NCBI GenBank assembly: GCA_951406725.2
Contig: OX597815.1
Coordinates: forward strand, 99,324,001-99,388,000
From: Octopus vulgaris
Taxonomy: Eukaryota
Direction of reading: 5' to 3'
DNA: 64,000 bases
Both the position numbers and the translations under genes were made by a program. Below the pieces are notes generated by a model that was given only the letters and a program-made list of their open reading frames with translations, made no database searches and was not told the origin of the DNA. Positions 15,421 to 30,240 of the stretch are shown here, piece by piece (position 1 is the first letter of the stretch; each line of letters opens with the position of its first letter).

Positions 15421-16899
15421 ATAATTTCTTTTATTTGTTTGTTTGTCTGTTACTTATAGGAAATCAAGAATTTTGGTTCCGTATTTAATATAGAATCGCA
15501 GGTAAGCTGATGAGGCTGGATTATTCATGATGGATCAGATCTTAGAATGCGTCTAGTTCGAAGCTTCGTATACCGTATGAACATCACTGATCAAAATGTA
15601 TCGGAGCGGCGAGTTAACGAAGAAGTCTCTATGTGGTCAGTCGATCAACTAGAAATAGCAGTCAAACTCTTCAGATTAAATCAAACCGTGTTAACAAATT
15701 AAGGACATGTTGGGTAAGTAATGGTAGTCCTAGATATCCATTAAATACAAGGCGTAGTGATCAAGGATGGAATGCTTTATTTCATAGCTCTTTTCTCAAG
15801 GCTGGCTTCAGTCTAAACGACATCAACTATAAGTGATGACATAAGGTAGGAGAGAGAGAGAGAGAGAGAGATAGGGAAGGGGAGTAAGAGAATGAAAAAG
15901 AGAAGGCCGAGACTCATTAGTGATTGAGCGATTGAGCACGTTAAATTGCGGTATTCTCGACTTTAACTTAATATAGGCACCACCATTAGTAATTAAAAGT
16001 CATTATTATAATTAAATTAAACATTATAATTAGTAACGGGATCCGTAGAAATTTTACGTTTTGCTAATGATCTTATTCGTATTTTGATGCGTAAATTTAT
16101 AAATCTTCATAGAACGGCGTCATTATTTTAAACATTTAGATTATGGTTCTGATTTTGTTCCATAGTCAACTTATTTAAACATAAATCTCGATCACTACAG
16201 CTACGTGAGAAGAAGAAGAATATTATAGATAATTAAGCATAACGTTATAGACAATTAATTCATTTCATAATAATAATGACGTAGATGATGAGGATATGCG
16301 CTGGAAACTGTTGTATATGGAGTGGAAAGTGTTGAAATTAAATCGATAGTCAGTACTTGATTGATACTTTATTTTCATCGATCAACCCCTCTCTGCTTTT
16401 TTATCTCTCCCTAACGTGCTCCCCTCTCTTTTTCTATCTCAGACGTCTCTATCACTCTTTCTCTCTCTTTCCCGAGTAAATAGAGAAAAATATCATAAGA
16501 AGCAATAAGATTTTTTTTTTAATTTAGCTTCATTCTATATAATGATTCCATTTGAACAATAACTGGATATCATTTAAGGCCTATTTCAACTGAAGTGTGC
16601 GAAGGAGAAGTCTGTCTCGTGATAGAACGCAGGTTTTATAGCAAGGTGACAGTCATATTGCCAGTTGAGCTGCTCATGTGGGAATAGAGAACGGATCAAC
16701 TGGCAAAAGAGTGTTAGACCTGCCAGACACATCTCATAATTTCTGATCAATTACTCCAATAACTTTGCTACTTCACCGAGTTTCAGTTACATCCGCCAAC
16801 ATGGATTATTGTTTAAATATTCGGAATGGTGATGATGACGATAATAATAAGAAGAAGAATGTTAATAATAATAATTATCTGAAAACAATGATAATTATA

Positions 16900-17275
16900 A
16901 TTCCTAACATAAGTATAAAGTCATAAATTTGATGAGATAGGTTAGTCAATTAAATTTATCGTTACTTAACTGGTACTTATTTTATTGACTCCAGAGGGAT
17001 GAAACGCGGTATTGACCTCGTAAATATCTGAACGTAAACAGCCGGTGCAAATAAAGCAAGGTATTTTGATCGATACCCTAACAATTCTGCCAATCCACTG
17101 TTTTGCCATACTCATAATAATATTAATCCATTCTTTTTATAGGCACAAAGGACTGAAGTTTACAGGGCGATGCTTAGTCGATTACATCGAGTACATGGCT
17201 CCAATGGTACTTATTTTATCTACCACAATGGAATCCATTAACGACATCATTGATCTCGAAATTCGCATCTTTATA
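16900..17275 (-). mobile_element. Two degenerate tandem SINE family B copies
   Basis: aactggtacttattttattgactccagagggatgaaa and agtcgattacatcga...ggtacttattttatc. Confidence 0.55.
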
Positions 17276-17978
17276 AAGACAGTAATTCAAGATTATTAAA
17301 CGCAATGTTCATTGATTATATATTTTTAATGTTAAGTAAATCTTCCCATAATATCCTTCAAATTTGAAACAGGGTTATTGTTAATAATCTTGGTCTCAAT
17401 TGCATCATCATTCGTTTTTATGTACGGAAATGATTGATAAGGTGGGGTACTAAAATTTATACCCAGGTGGGTACATGCTGATCAGAGTTAAACGTGTTCG
17501 AACTTGTATTACAGATTTTTCTGTCTGTAAGATTACAGGGATAGAACAATTTTTCAATATTAATATCACGGAGAATCTCATTGTCGATATCCGGCAACGT
17601 ACACACAGCACCAAAATTCTTGAGCAGTTACGTGCCTTATAAGTATTTTTTTTCTCCGTTTTATAACAACGGTAGTATTGTGATGTCGATTCAATTAGCT
17701 ACTTGCCAATTTAAAGAGTGACTTACACATTAAGTATTATATATATATATATACACCCAAATTAAATTTTCAATGCTTCTTGGCTGATTATCTTATACAC
17801 ACAGACACACACGCACATATGTATATAAATATATGTATATCATTTACACACATGTATAAATATAATGTGTATATACAGTTGTGTGTGTAGAGTGGTTCTA
17901 ATCCAACTTAAACAAAGGGATATAAGTGTATAAAAATTTTGGTGTTCTTCCCCAGAAAAAGAAATTCAGTATTTTGGA

Positions 17979-18018
<40 letters not shown>

Positions 18019-18031
18019 ATTGATTGATTGA

Positions 18032-18087
<56 letters not shown>

Positions 18088-18089
18088 CA

Positions 18090-18147
<58 letters not shown>

Positions 18148-18185
18148 TATATGTATATACATATTCGAATATTCATATTCATGTG

Positions 18186-18216
<31 letters not shown>

Positions 18217-19009
18217 GTTCAAAAATTATATAGAAGTACAAACAAAGGAATGCTATTTGTTTCGTTGATCCCATTCTTTGAATTAACGTAAGTCCCTTAG
18301 AGATTCTTATTTCTCACTTCCTTTTGCATTTCAATTTTGTATTAGCCCCAAATTCTGGACACTTTGCAGCGGAGAAAACATTGAGCAGTATATGATGTGG
18401 CACATTCTTTATGTACAGTGTTTAAAACACTCCGAATATTATTTCGCTAATTAACTTTCCGAGATTGATAAGAGAATTTACCGGTCATGTACAAGCGTTT
18501 ATGTAAACCACTAACATCTAACTTTAAATTTCAGATCCTATAATGGAAACGATTTAGAGTAGTGGATTAGCAAAATCGTTAGCGTGTCCGATAAAAATTA
18601 ATATATATTACATATACATATATATTCACACGTAAGGTCAAATAAGGTTCGGGAGAAAACCCTGCAGTATACTGCGCGAAGCTCTAACCTCTGTTTTTCG
18701 CGACAAAACAGCTGGTTGTCTCCAACATTCGAATCAGGCTTTATTTAAAAGGACCCTCATTTATGCCTTGGATGAATGACAATGATTACACAACACCTCA
18801 GAAATGCGCTACGTCTGTGAAATTGTGCCGAAACAATTGTTGTGATTTTAAATTTAAAATGTCGCTCATCCGATTTTCTATCATTAATCTACTCACGGGC
18901 ATTTATATACACATAAACAAGACACACACTCGCACTCTCACACACATACGCACACATACACAAATATATATATGCACATATATATATATATATATATGTA
19001 TGAGTGTAC

Positions 19010-19057
<48 letters not shown>

Positions 19058-19211
19058 CATGAGTAGTTTGTTCACGTATGTAGGCATTGCTTTTATATTA
19101 TAGAAATAAACATGTATATGTGAAATTAAATTGGTTCAAGTATTTTTTAATACGCAGATACGAACATGAATATATACGAATATATGTGTGTATGCATATA
19201 TATATGTATGC

Positions 19212-19252
<41 letters not shown>

Positions 19253-19401
19253 CGTGTGTTTAGGTGTGTGTATATTGTACATGTATATATATATTCGTAT
19301 AAATGTATGGATGATGTATACACAACGCACACATACACACACATATGTGTGTGTGCATGTGTATATATAATTGTGTGTGCATGCATGCATGTATGTATGT
19401 A

Positions 19402-19432
<31 letters not shown>

Positions 19433-19873
19433 AATCATGAGTACATATGAAGTGGATTCATTTCTCGTTTTTAAATATATTCAGAAATAACTGTAAGAAT
19501 ACTTTTTTTTTAAATATCTTTTAATGATTTTGCAGTCTTTTTTAAATTTAATGTATTTTTTCTTTCCTTCATTTTTTTGTTTTAGCGGTTTATCAAGTTC
19601 TTATTTATCACATAATTGTTTATCACATAGGTAAGGAGAAATAATAACAATGATAATAATAATAATGCAATGTTAAAAATAAAAAGATAAATAAATGAAT
19701 TTGCCTTAAATATTTAGTAATGAGGCTAAATCAATGATGAGTGACAGTCATTCGCATTGCTCATGATCTACACACATTTATATTCAAACATACATACATA
19801 TGTAAATACACATAGATACGTAAATACATCCATATGTATATATACATGACTTTATATATATAATATATAAATG

Positions 19874-19918
<45 letters not shown>

Positions 19919-20166
19919 GTATATATATGTATATATATATATATGCATATATATATACATATACACACATATGATTATATTTGTATTTATATATATGCAT
20001 TTGTGTGTGTATGTATATCTAAATATACACATACATGTATGCATACACAATTGTATGTACATATGTGTGGGATATATAAGCGCACACTTCTCTCAAGTAA
20101 AAAAACAATGGTCATACAAATAAATACATATCACCCTCTTCACATCAACAGTCTCATGTGTGAAAA

Positions 20167-20254
<88 letters not shown>

Positions 20255-20290
20255 TATGTATATATATGTATATATGTGTATATGTATATG

Positions 20291-20363
<73 letters not shown>

Positions 20364-20378
20364 GGATATATATATATA

Positions 20379-20453
<75 letters not shown>

Positions 20454-20641
20454 TCATGTATGTATGTATATATATATATATAAATGTATGCGTATCTAAC
20501 AAATGAGGTCTTCCTACCTCAGACAAAAATTCCTCTTTGGTAACGAGATGCTTGCTTGATGTACAATTTCGTTTCCAGCTCAAGTTATAATGTCATTCTT
20601 GGTTGCTGTGTGTGAGTTTTATTTCCTCGTTTTTGGCTTCT

Positions 20642-20692
<51 letters not shown>

Positions 20693-20976
20693 GTGGTTGA
20701 CAGTCATTTGTTGTTGCTGTTCTTATGGGCAAGCAGGGATGCTTTTCGTTTTTTTTTTTTTTTGGTTTTGCTTTTGAGTTTGTTTATAGGAGGTATACAT
20801 GTGTATCTGACTTGATTCTCGGCTTGACTATACATATATATAACAGCGTGTTCGTGAGGGTGATGGGCTTTATGGTTTCGGTGATATTACCCTCGCCTCT
20901 TGCATCACACATACGTAGACGCACACACACACACGCACATATGTACATATAGAATTTGTGTTTGTGTGTGTATATA

Positions 20977-21031
<55 letters not shown>

Positions 21032-21312
21032 GAGCACATATACACTCACAAAGGTAGGTCTGTCTACTTACATGCGTATATGCATGTATACATATGTTTA
21101 TATATACACACATATATATATATATATATATATATGTACATATACATATTTATGTGTATATATATGTATATGAATGTATGTAATGCATGTATAATAAATG
21201 ATATATAAAGAAATATATATATATACAAACAACCACACACACATATATTTTTATGTGCAAATACATACACATATATATATATATCCATATCTATATATAT
21301 ATATATATATAC

Positions 21313-21344
<32 letters not shown>

Positions 21345-21346
21345 CG

Positions 21347-21392
<46 letters not shown>

Positions 21393-21809
21393 ATATATAC
21401 ACTTACAGGTGTATGCATATATACAATACTATTTTTCGAAAAAAAAAAATGGAAAAAAAAATAATTCTGTTAAACAGCTTCCGTCTCAGAATGACGTTTA
21501 TGTCCTGCCATAACTGGAGCGTGTATTATAATGCCATTGAAAACCATAACTTTTTTTTAAAATGATAAATTACATTGTATGGGACCAGATCATTATTGCT
21601 GCTATTAATGTTTTTGTTTGTCTTGTGTTTAATACTAAGTATTTTACTAAGTATTTTTATCACATTTAAATTGTGTTTATTTTTATTTTTCATTTGTTCA
21701 ATAATAATAATAAAAAAATGTGTGTTCTCGAAAATGTGATATTTCTGTAAGTTATATGTATTGGATATGTAGAAACTCAATTCCACAAGCGCATGTGTGC
21801 ATATGTGTC

Positions 21810-21849
<40 letters not shown>

Positions 21850-21991
21850 AATATATATATATAATACATATGCACATATATGCATGTATACATATATGGA
21901 TGCGTTATAAATATTAGATACATAAATGGATATACATACATACATACATATACATATATATATATATGTATGTATATATATGTATATGGAT

Positions 21992-22039
<48 letters not shown>

Positions 22040-22049
22040 GTATATGGAT

Positions 22050-22095
<46 letters not shown>

Positions 22096-22586
22096 ATGTA
22101 TGTATGCATATAGACATATATCTTATAAATATAAGATTTTAACTTACAAAAACACACTGAACAATTAAATTACAAATGTTTTACAGGGTGTATATATAAT
22201 ATATAATATGTATTTATGAATATATATATATATATATATATATATGTATACATGCATTTATACATGTATAAATACATATATATAATATACATATATGTGT
22301 GTATATGTTTGTATGTATGCATGTATGTATATATTTATACAACATACAGAAAGAAACAAAAATATCTGCTTCTCCCACTCTCACTCACTCTCTCTTTCTC
22401 TCTTTCTCTCTCTCTCTCTCCTTCTCAATCAGTATGTATCTGTGTGTGTGTGTGTACCTTTATGTATGTATTTCGATTATTGTACATGCATGTTTTTTGA
22501 ACATATATTACGTACTGTAATAATATTGCGACATACTAGATGTGAAAGCTACTTGCAAATAGGCATCTACATGTATGTGTGGATGT

Positions 22587-22678
<92 letters not shown>

Positions 22679-22815
22679 ATACATGCATTCACCTTTTCTG
22701 CAGAACTTTGTTGATGTTGTTCTTTCTCCGGTTTTTACTCCCTTTGTTTATTCTGCGTCTCTCTCTGTTTACTTTAAATACATATACATACATGCATTTA
22801 TACATACATTCATAC

Positions 22816-22852
<37 letters not shown>

Positions 22853-22910
22853 TATACATATGTATGTATGTATGCTTATATATGTATATATATGTATATA
22901 TATATATTTG

Positions 22911-22945
<35 letters not shown>

Positions 22946-22968
22946 GTATATATGTATTTACGTAATTT

Positions 22969-23013
<45 letters not shown>

Positions 23014-23495
23014 TGTATGTATGTATGTAGGCCCGTAGTTTAATAGTTCACACACAGCATATTTTTTACTTCATTCCTGAAAGAAGCGGTTCCACAATCA
23101 TCCTGGCCGACGCATCAATTTCCAGTAGTAGTAAATTTTTTAAGTAACGATTACTTGTTTTTACTTTGACGTTTTTTGTTGTTGTTTTTTTTTTGCTTTG
23201 CTTCCATCTCATATTGAAATATCTCATACACATCATAATTATAATCAATCATCATCATTATAATCGCCACTATTATTTTTGTTATTGTTGTTGTTGGTAT
23301 TGTCGTTATCATCAACTTTTTATCATCACATTTTGTAATATTTTTATCTCACATGGTTATAATTGTGTGATATTGCCACTATACGTCCTCTGCACATAAT
23401 AAATATGTAACATAACACTCTCTATATATTATCAAATGAACTTCAATGTTATTACAATGTAGTTTTGTCATTTTTTTTTTACGTTTTTGATAATG

Positions 23496-23501
23496 TTTAT
23501 T
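23496..23501 (-). other. Candidate polyadenylation signal for FoxQ2
   Basis: AATAAA on the minus strand ~183 nt after the stop codon. The context is AT-rich, so a chance match is likely. Confidence 0.25.
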
Positions 23502-23634
23502 ATTGTTGCATTTTTTGTTGATACTGTCACAGTTTTAAAAAAATTTTTTACTGGTCATAATCATCATTATCATCATCATTATTATGGTCATTATTATTAT
23601 TATTATTATGATTAAATTGTCATTATTAGTGTTG

Positions 23635-23681
<47 letters not shown>

Positions 23682-23683
23682 GT

Positions 23684-25087
23684 TCAAACGTCCACCTGTA
23701 CCTCTTTTTCTGGGCTGTGGCGTCTATGATGTGCGATATCAGTAAAACCTGGAGGCCACTTCTTCGCCGGACTCGAGAAGGTGGTGACAGGGACTGTAAT
23801 TGAATAATGACTCCCACCCATTATTGGATAGGCGTAAGAGGATAAAGCTCCCCACGTCGAGGGTAGCATACTGTGAAAGGCACTGACGTATCCCGTTTCA
23901 GCTTTTGGGGTCAGCATATCACCTCCACCGCAGCCACTAAGTTTTGAGTGAAGTCCAATATGTTCAGCAGAGGCTTTTAGACTTTCGGCCGCAGACAATA
24001 ATCCAACATTGTGCAGTTCGCTGAGACGCTGGCTGTTAGCTATACTTATTATTGCGTTTTGTGGTTCGCATTTGCCTATAATCTTATCTGTAAAGTCCCG
24101 TATGTCGGGTCCTTTTCCTGGACTAGTCTGGTTGTTGTTTAAGTTATTGTTCGCTTCGCGATCACTAGGCATATCAACAGTTCGTGAAAAGTCATCTTTT
24201 GTAAAAGATGTACAAGTCCGCCGTTTGGTCTCAGGGGCTAGCAAGCTTTCCATATCAAAGAGTCTTTTCTTCACGCACGGTGTCTCTGACGTAGTAACCG
24301 GGGAACAAGATTTCGTTTCCCTTGTCACTGCGATGGGACTGCTGTCCCCAACGACGGGCGAGAAATTTCCAGGTGAGGTAGTATCAACGTTGTCGGCGCT
24401 TTCTTTAGTCTCATCGATTCCAACAACTGGGGCAGAATCCGGCCATTTGGGGATAGGTGCTGCGCTGGTCGGAGACGGGCTAGGGCTGTCCTCATCATCT
24501 GGTACAGACAATCCCATATGTTTTCGAACCCGTCTCTGAGCACGTCGGCGACGAAAATCACCCTTATTGAAATCTTCAATATTGGCCGGATGAATGGCCC
24601 AGTAGTGGCCCTTTCCGTTGGCACTGCGTCCAGCTTTGATGAAGCAATCGTTTAACGATAAATTGTGTCGGATGCTATTTCTCCAGCCAGGTCCGCGAGT
24701 ACGGAAGTAAGGGTAATTGTCCAATATCCATTGATATATGTCACTTAGAACAAGCTTCTTTTCTTTGGAATTTAATATAGCCATGGCGATAAGTCCGATG
24801 TAGCTGTGACTCGGTTTCGGTTCTTCATGTATGTAACGAGCTCGTAAGTCCTGCTTGAATACGTATGGATGACCGAGCGTGTCCATAGTGTGGGCGTAAG
24901 GGTTCAGGCCTAGCGTAGTTGGGTGGCTGCGGATGCCGTACTGCAGCCGGGCATTATAGTCGTACAGTTGAGCTCGGTGGAAATCTAAAGGGAGCTGGGT
25001 GAGTGCTGTACCCAGTGGCATGTACGGCGATAAATTAGGAACCTTCAAGCCATATGGAATCATCGAGCCAGGATTGTTACTACACAT
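23684..25087 (-). CDS. FoxQ2: FoxQ2-family forkhead transcription factor (fd102C-like), 467 aa, single uninterrupted ORF
   Basis: Forkhead domain at ~24817..24540 (KPSHSYIGLIAMAIL...WRNSIRHNLSLNDCFIKAGRSANGKGHYWAIHPANIEDFNKGDFRRRRAQRRVRKHMGL) closely resembles Drosophila fd102C/FoxQ2 as I recall it. EH1-like FDMESLL at 24259..24239. The track start at 25096 is TTG directly after an in-frame TAA; the first ATG is 25087..25085. Stop TGA at 23686..23684. Confidence 0.93.
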   Translation of the reverse strand: MCSNNPGSMIPYGLKVPNLSPYMPLGTALTQLPLDFHRAQLYDYNARLQYGIRSHPTTLGLNPYAHTMDTLGHPYVFKQDLRARYIHEEPKPSHSYIGLIAMAILNSKEKKLVLSDIYQWILDNYPYFRTRGPGWRNSIRHNLSLNDCFIKAGRSANGKGHYWAIHPANIEDFNKGDFRRRRAQRRVRKHMGLSVPDDEDSPSPSPTSAAPIPKWPDSAPVVGIDETKESADNVDTTSPGNFSPVVGDSSPIAVTRETKSCSPVTTSETPCVKKRLFDMESLLAPETKRRTCTSFTKDDFSRTVDMPSDREANNNLNNNQTSPGKGPDIRDFTDKIIGKCEPQNAIISIANSQRLSELHNVGLLSAAESLKASAEHIGLHSKLSGCGGGDMLTPKAETGYVSAFHSMLPSTWGALSSYAYPIMGGSHYSITVPVTTFSSPAKKWPPGFTDIAHHRRHSPEKEVQVDV

Positions 25088-25225
25088 GTTTGTCAATTAG
25101 CTCGGACAACAGAGAAATACGACCTGTATTTGTCACGAGTTTACTGCTTTTCTCTGTAGTCAGAGCTGAAATAAACTACAAATCTATCGTGCACACGACA
25201 CAGATCAGCTCTCGCAGCCGAGAAG

Positions 25226-25273
25226 TTGTAAACGAACAATCTGATTGGCTGATTACAAGTGAGTCATTTGAAT
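25226..25273 (-). promoter_or_regulatory. Putative proximal promoter motif cluster of FoxQ2
   Basis: About 140-185 bp upstream of the ATG: CCAAT box AGCCAATCAG (minus, 25250..25241), Sox-type AACAAT (25235..25240), TAATC (25255..25251), AP-1 TGAGTCA (25260..25266), octamer-like ATTTGAAT (25266..25273), near-forkhead GTAAACG (25228..25234). Motif matches only. Confidence 0.45.
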
Positions 25274-25739
25274 ATTCACACAATATCAGGAAGGTGGAGC
25301 ATCCTCACGCACATTTTATTTATTGTTGTTATTGATGACGTTGTGTTTTTTATTATTAGTTTTCTTCGTTTATTTGTTTGTTCCCATTGATTTCTTATTT
25401 TTAATCTTATTATTATTCTCATTCTTATTCTAATACGTATATATGTGCATGTTTATAATGCTATTTATTATATATCTAAATATGTAACATGTTATGTTAT
25501 ATATGCATGTATGTTTACATATATGTATTTATGTAAGAATATCATATGTGTGCATAAATGTAAGCATATTTATTATATGAAGGTATATAGCTACCTAAGT
25601 GTGTGTGTATATATATATATGCCAGTATTGTGTATGGTTTTGCATTTGTGTATGTATAACTATAGTCTGCATGAGAGAATTTTCGGGGCAATTTGAAATT
25701 GACGGATGTCCACTCCCCCACATTCTTCTTCTTCTTCTT

Positions 25740-25849
<110 letters not shown>

Positions 25850-26047
25850 CATCATCATCATCATCATCATTATTATCGTTGCTGTTGATATTGTTAGTAG
25901 TAGTAGTAGTAGTAGTAGTAGTAAATTCAACACTTCCAAAAAGAAAACAATAATAACGAAGATAATGATAGGGATAATTATATTAGTAATAGAAAGCAGT
26001 ACAAATTTTTAACTAAGTATATAGATACCGTGTGTGCATGTATGTAG

Positions 26048-26155
<108 letters not shown>

Positions 26156-26295
26156 GGCTGTAAGTATATAAATAAATGTATGTTTAGATAGATGTACTTA
26201 TTTTATAAATATATCTATATATCTATGTACGCGTGTGCGTGTGTCCGTGTGTAAATGTGTGTGTGTTTATAAACATATCTATATCTATATATACT

Positions 26296-26587
26296 CTTTT
26301 AATCTTTTATTTGTTTCAGTCATTTGACTGCGTCCATGCTGAATCACTGCTTTCAGTCGACCATAATGACCCCAGGACGTATTCTTTGTAAGCCTAGTAC
26401 TTATTATATCGTTCTCTTTTGCCGAACCGCAAAGTTACGGGGAGGTAAACACACCAGCATCGGTTGTCAAACACACACATATATATATATATATACGCGA
26501 AGGGCTTAAGGTGCCAAGCAGTTGGACTGAACCCGAAGCCATATAGTTGGTAAGCAAGCTGCTTACCACACTGCCACTCCTGCGCCT
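26296..26587 (-). mobile_element. SINE family A, internally deleted copy
   Basis: Tail ttgtttcagtcatttgactgc and head gcttaccacactgccactcctgcgcc. Confidence 0.8.
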
Positions 26588-26589
26588 AC

Positions 26590-26632
<43 letters not shown>

Positions 26633-26774
26633 TATATGTATATATACATACGTATGCACGTATGTATGTGTATATGTATATATATATGCATATATATATA
26701 TGTGTATACATATATATATACATGTATATATATATATACATATATATATATACACATATACATATATATATACA

Positions 26775-26846
<72 letters not shown>

Positions 26847-26935
26847 TATACATACATATATATATATAGATATATGTATTTATGATTTATTTATTATGCA
26901 GGCATATAAGACTGGTGGAAGGAATAGGTGTGTTA

Positions 26936-26975
<40 letters not shown>

Positions 26976-27432
26976 AATGTAACTATCCATCTATCTATCC
27001 ATCCATCTGTCTATCTATCTATCCCTATCTCCATATATACATGTGTGTGTGTGACTGTCTCCCTCCCTCTCCCTCTGTCTTTCCCTCTCCTTGTGTGTGT
27101 TTATATATATAAACACACACACACACACACACCCAGTCATATGTAATATATACAACTGAACTGATGTTCAAAGACCATACAGAAATCTTTATAATATATT
27201 CATACTTATATTCATGTAGTTAAATACAATCATAAATACATGCACCGATATATACACATATACATGTCATATATATACTTCTATATATGTGTGTGTGTAC
27301 GTATATATGCATATACATGTGTGTATATTTATGTGTATATATAAATGTATATGCATATATAACTATGCATATAGATATGTGTGTTTATATGTATATATAT
27401 ACAAATATATATGTATAAACATATATGTATGC

Positions 27433-27465
<33 letters not shown>

Positions 27466-27538
27466 AATATGTATATATATATATATATATATATAGATAG
27501 ATAGATAGATATATAGATATATAGATATATATGTATAT

Positions 27539-27581
<43 letters not shown>

Positions 27582-27709
27582 AATGCATACATATATACAT
27601 ATATCTATATATGTATAAACGGATGGATGAATGTATAAGACCTCGTGTATAAAATGGGGAAATGTCTACACCTGCATATAATATGTATCTATATTGGTAT
27701 TTATATGTC

Positions 27710-27771
<62 letters not shown>

Positions 27772-27941
27772 AGCATTTATCTTATGTGTATATATGTATG
27801 TATGTATTGATACATAGTTATGATTAATATAAACGCATATATGTATATATACATATTCATACGTACATTTATATATTTGTGTGTATGTGTGTATGCATGT
27901 TTGACAGTATGATTGTATGTGTGTGTGTTTGTACATGTGAA

Positions 27942-27972
<31 letters not shown>

Positions 27973-28374
27973 GCTTAGCTTCAATGGTGGAAAAACATAC
28001 ATCTATCATTTTTCGTATCTTATCCTATCTTTCAATCGAGGGGCAAAAACAAAAAATAAAGAAAGCACATACAGATAATAAAGGCACACACACACGAACA
28101 CACATTCACACATTCATACACTCATATCTGCACACAAATATAAATATACACTCACATATGTATAAATGCAAAATGACACACAGAGACAAGCACCGACACA
28201 CAGACACAGAAATACATACGCACGTATCCTCGCGCAAAGGAATATAATTTCTACAAACACAAGCACACACACACGCACACATACATGCACGTCCGTGTAT
28301 ACACCCATATCTACAACCATACATATATATCTGTATATATATATATATATACATACTTATGTGCGTGGATATAC

Positions 28375-28470
<96 letters not shown>

Positions 28471-28644
28471 TTGTGTGTGTGTGTGCATATATATATATAC
28501 ACACACACAAACACAAATACATATATGGATACATTCATACATACACACACACGCAGGCACACATATATACACTTATATATATATATATAGATGTAGGTAC
28601 GTACATATGTATGTATATATGCATATGTTTTATTTATTAATTTG

Positions 28645-28697
<53 letters not shown>

Positions 28698-29092
28698 TGC
28701 ACATACATATAGTTTTGTTAAAATTTTTAAAATTATTGTACTTTATGTTATAGTTGTTTCACATTTTCTTCTTCTTCTTCTTCTTCTTCTTCTTTTTCTT
28801 CTTCTTCTTCTTCTTTTCTTCTTCTTCTTCTACTTCTTCTTCTTCTCTGTAATTGTTTACAAGTATGTAAATAAGATTACATATACACATACATACGTTC
28901 ATAGTATAGACATATACACTAGTTATATATATTTATATGTGTGTGTGTCTCATAAATAATATTTAATGTAAGTATATCTATATGTGTGTGTGATTGTGTG
29001 TATACTTATTATACATGTATATATTTATAATGTATATATAATATATATGAGTATGTATACACACACACACATACATATGCATGTGTGGATGA

Positions 29093-29143
<51 letters not shown>

Positions 29144-29187
29144 CTATATATATATATTTATATATATATATATTTGTCTACTATATA

Positions 29188-29233
<46 letters not shown>

Positions 29234-30195
29234 AACATATGTATATGTGTGTGTGCGTGCGTGTGTGTTAGTATATATGTGTATGTTCGTGTGTCCGTTT
29301 GTATGTGTGTATTTGTGTGCACACCTCTGCGTGTGTGATTGTGTGTGTGTGTGTGTGTGCTCAAACATGCCACCAACACCGACACAAACACCACCACCAC
29401 CACCACCACCACCACATCTACCATCATTTACTTTCACTTTGCTCTCGTCGTTTCCTAGCTGTTGTTGTTGTCCTTTCTTAAAACTCCATAACCGAAAATT
29501 AGTAAAGCTTTAAGTAATAGAGTGGGCGGGGCAACTATCATTCATCAACTATAACATCGACGGAAACCACGCCTTCCCCCCACCCTTCTCATTTATTTCC
29601 GCATCCAACGCCACCACCCATTTTCCGTCATCTTACTCTCTATCTCTCTCTCGCCCTCCCTCTGTCACTATCTCTTTCTCTATCTCCTCTTTTTCTGTCT
29701 TTCTCTGCCTCTCTCTCCTCTTTCTGTCATCATAATTCATGCTCTCCTGACAACACAGTGATTTAATATTGTTCTTCTTGTTGTTATGCTCCGTCGTGCT
29801 CATCATCGTTGTTGCTGTTGTTGACGTTACGGTCATTTTTTTTCCTCTTTTTTTTTTCTTCTTTGCATGTTAATATTATTGTTGTTATTCCGGCTGTTGA
29901 TGTTTGCATCATTGCCGTTGTACTTGCTGTTGTTTCGGCTATTTTTGATGCTCTACCTCTTATTAATATTCTTGACTGAGCTGACGTTGTTGTTCTTATT
30001 ACTGCTGTCGTTCGTTGTTGTACTTTCGCCTATTGTTTATGATCCTCTTGTGGTTGTGGTGGTGGTTGTTGTTGTTGTTGTTGTTAACATTGTTGGAGTT
30101 GTAATGTTTGTTGCTGCAGTTGTTGCGACACCCTGTGCGCTTGTTCTTGTAGAGGTTGTAATCTAAGTTGACCACGTTTCTCTGTTTTGTTGCTT

Positions 30196-30196
<1 letters not shown>

Positions 30197-30240
<44 letters not shown>

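Noticed and set aside
24009-24624. 176-aa antisense ORF and 99-aa alternative-frame ORF within FoxQ2
   Set aside because: Shadow ORFs of a GC-balanced coding region; non-ATG starts and no recognisable motifs.
25088-25096. Track start of the 470-aa ORF
   Set aside because: It is TTG; the eukaryotic start is more plausibly the ATG at 25087.
29520-29640. GC box (GGGCGGGG) and CACCC motifs 4.4 kb upstream of FoxQ2
   Set aside because: Isolated motif matches with no evidence of a transcription start or exon.
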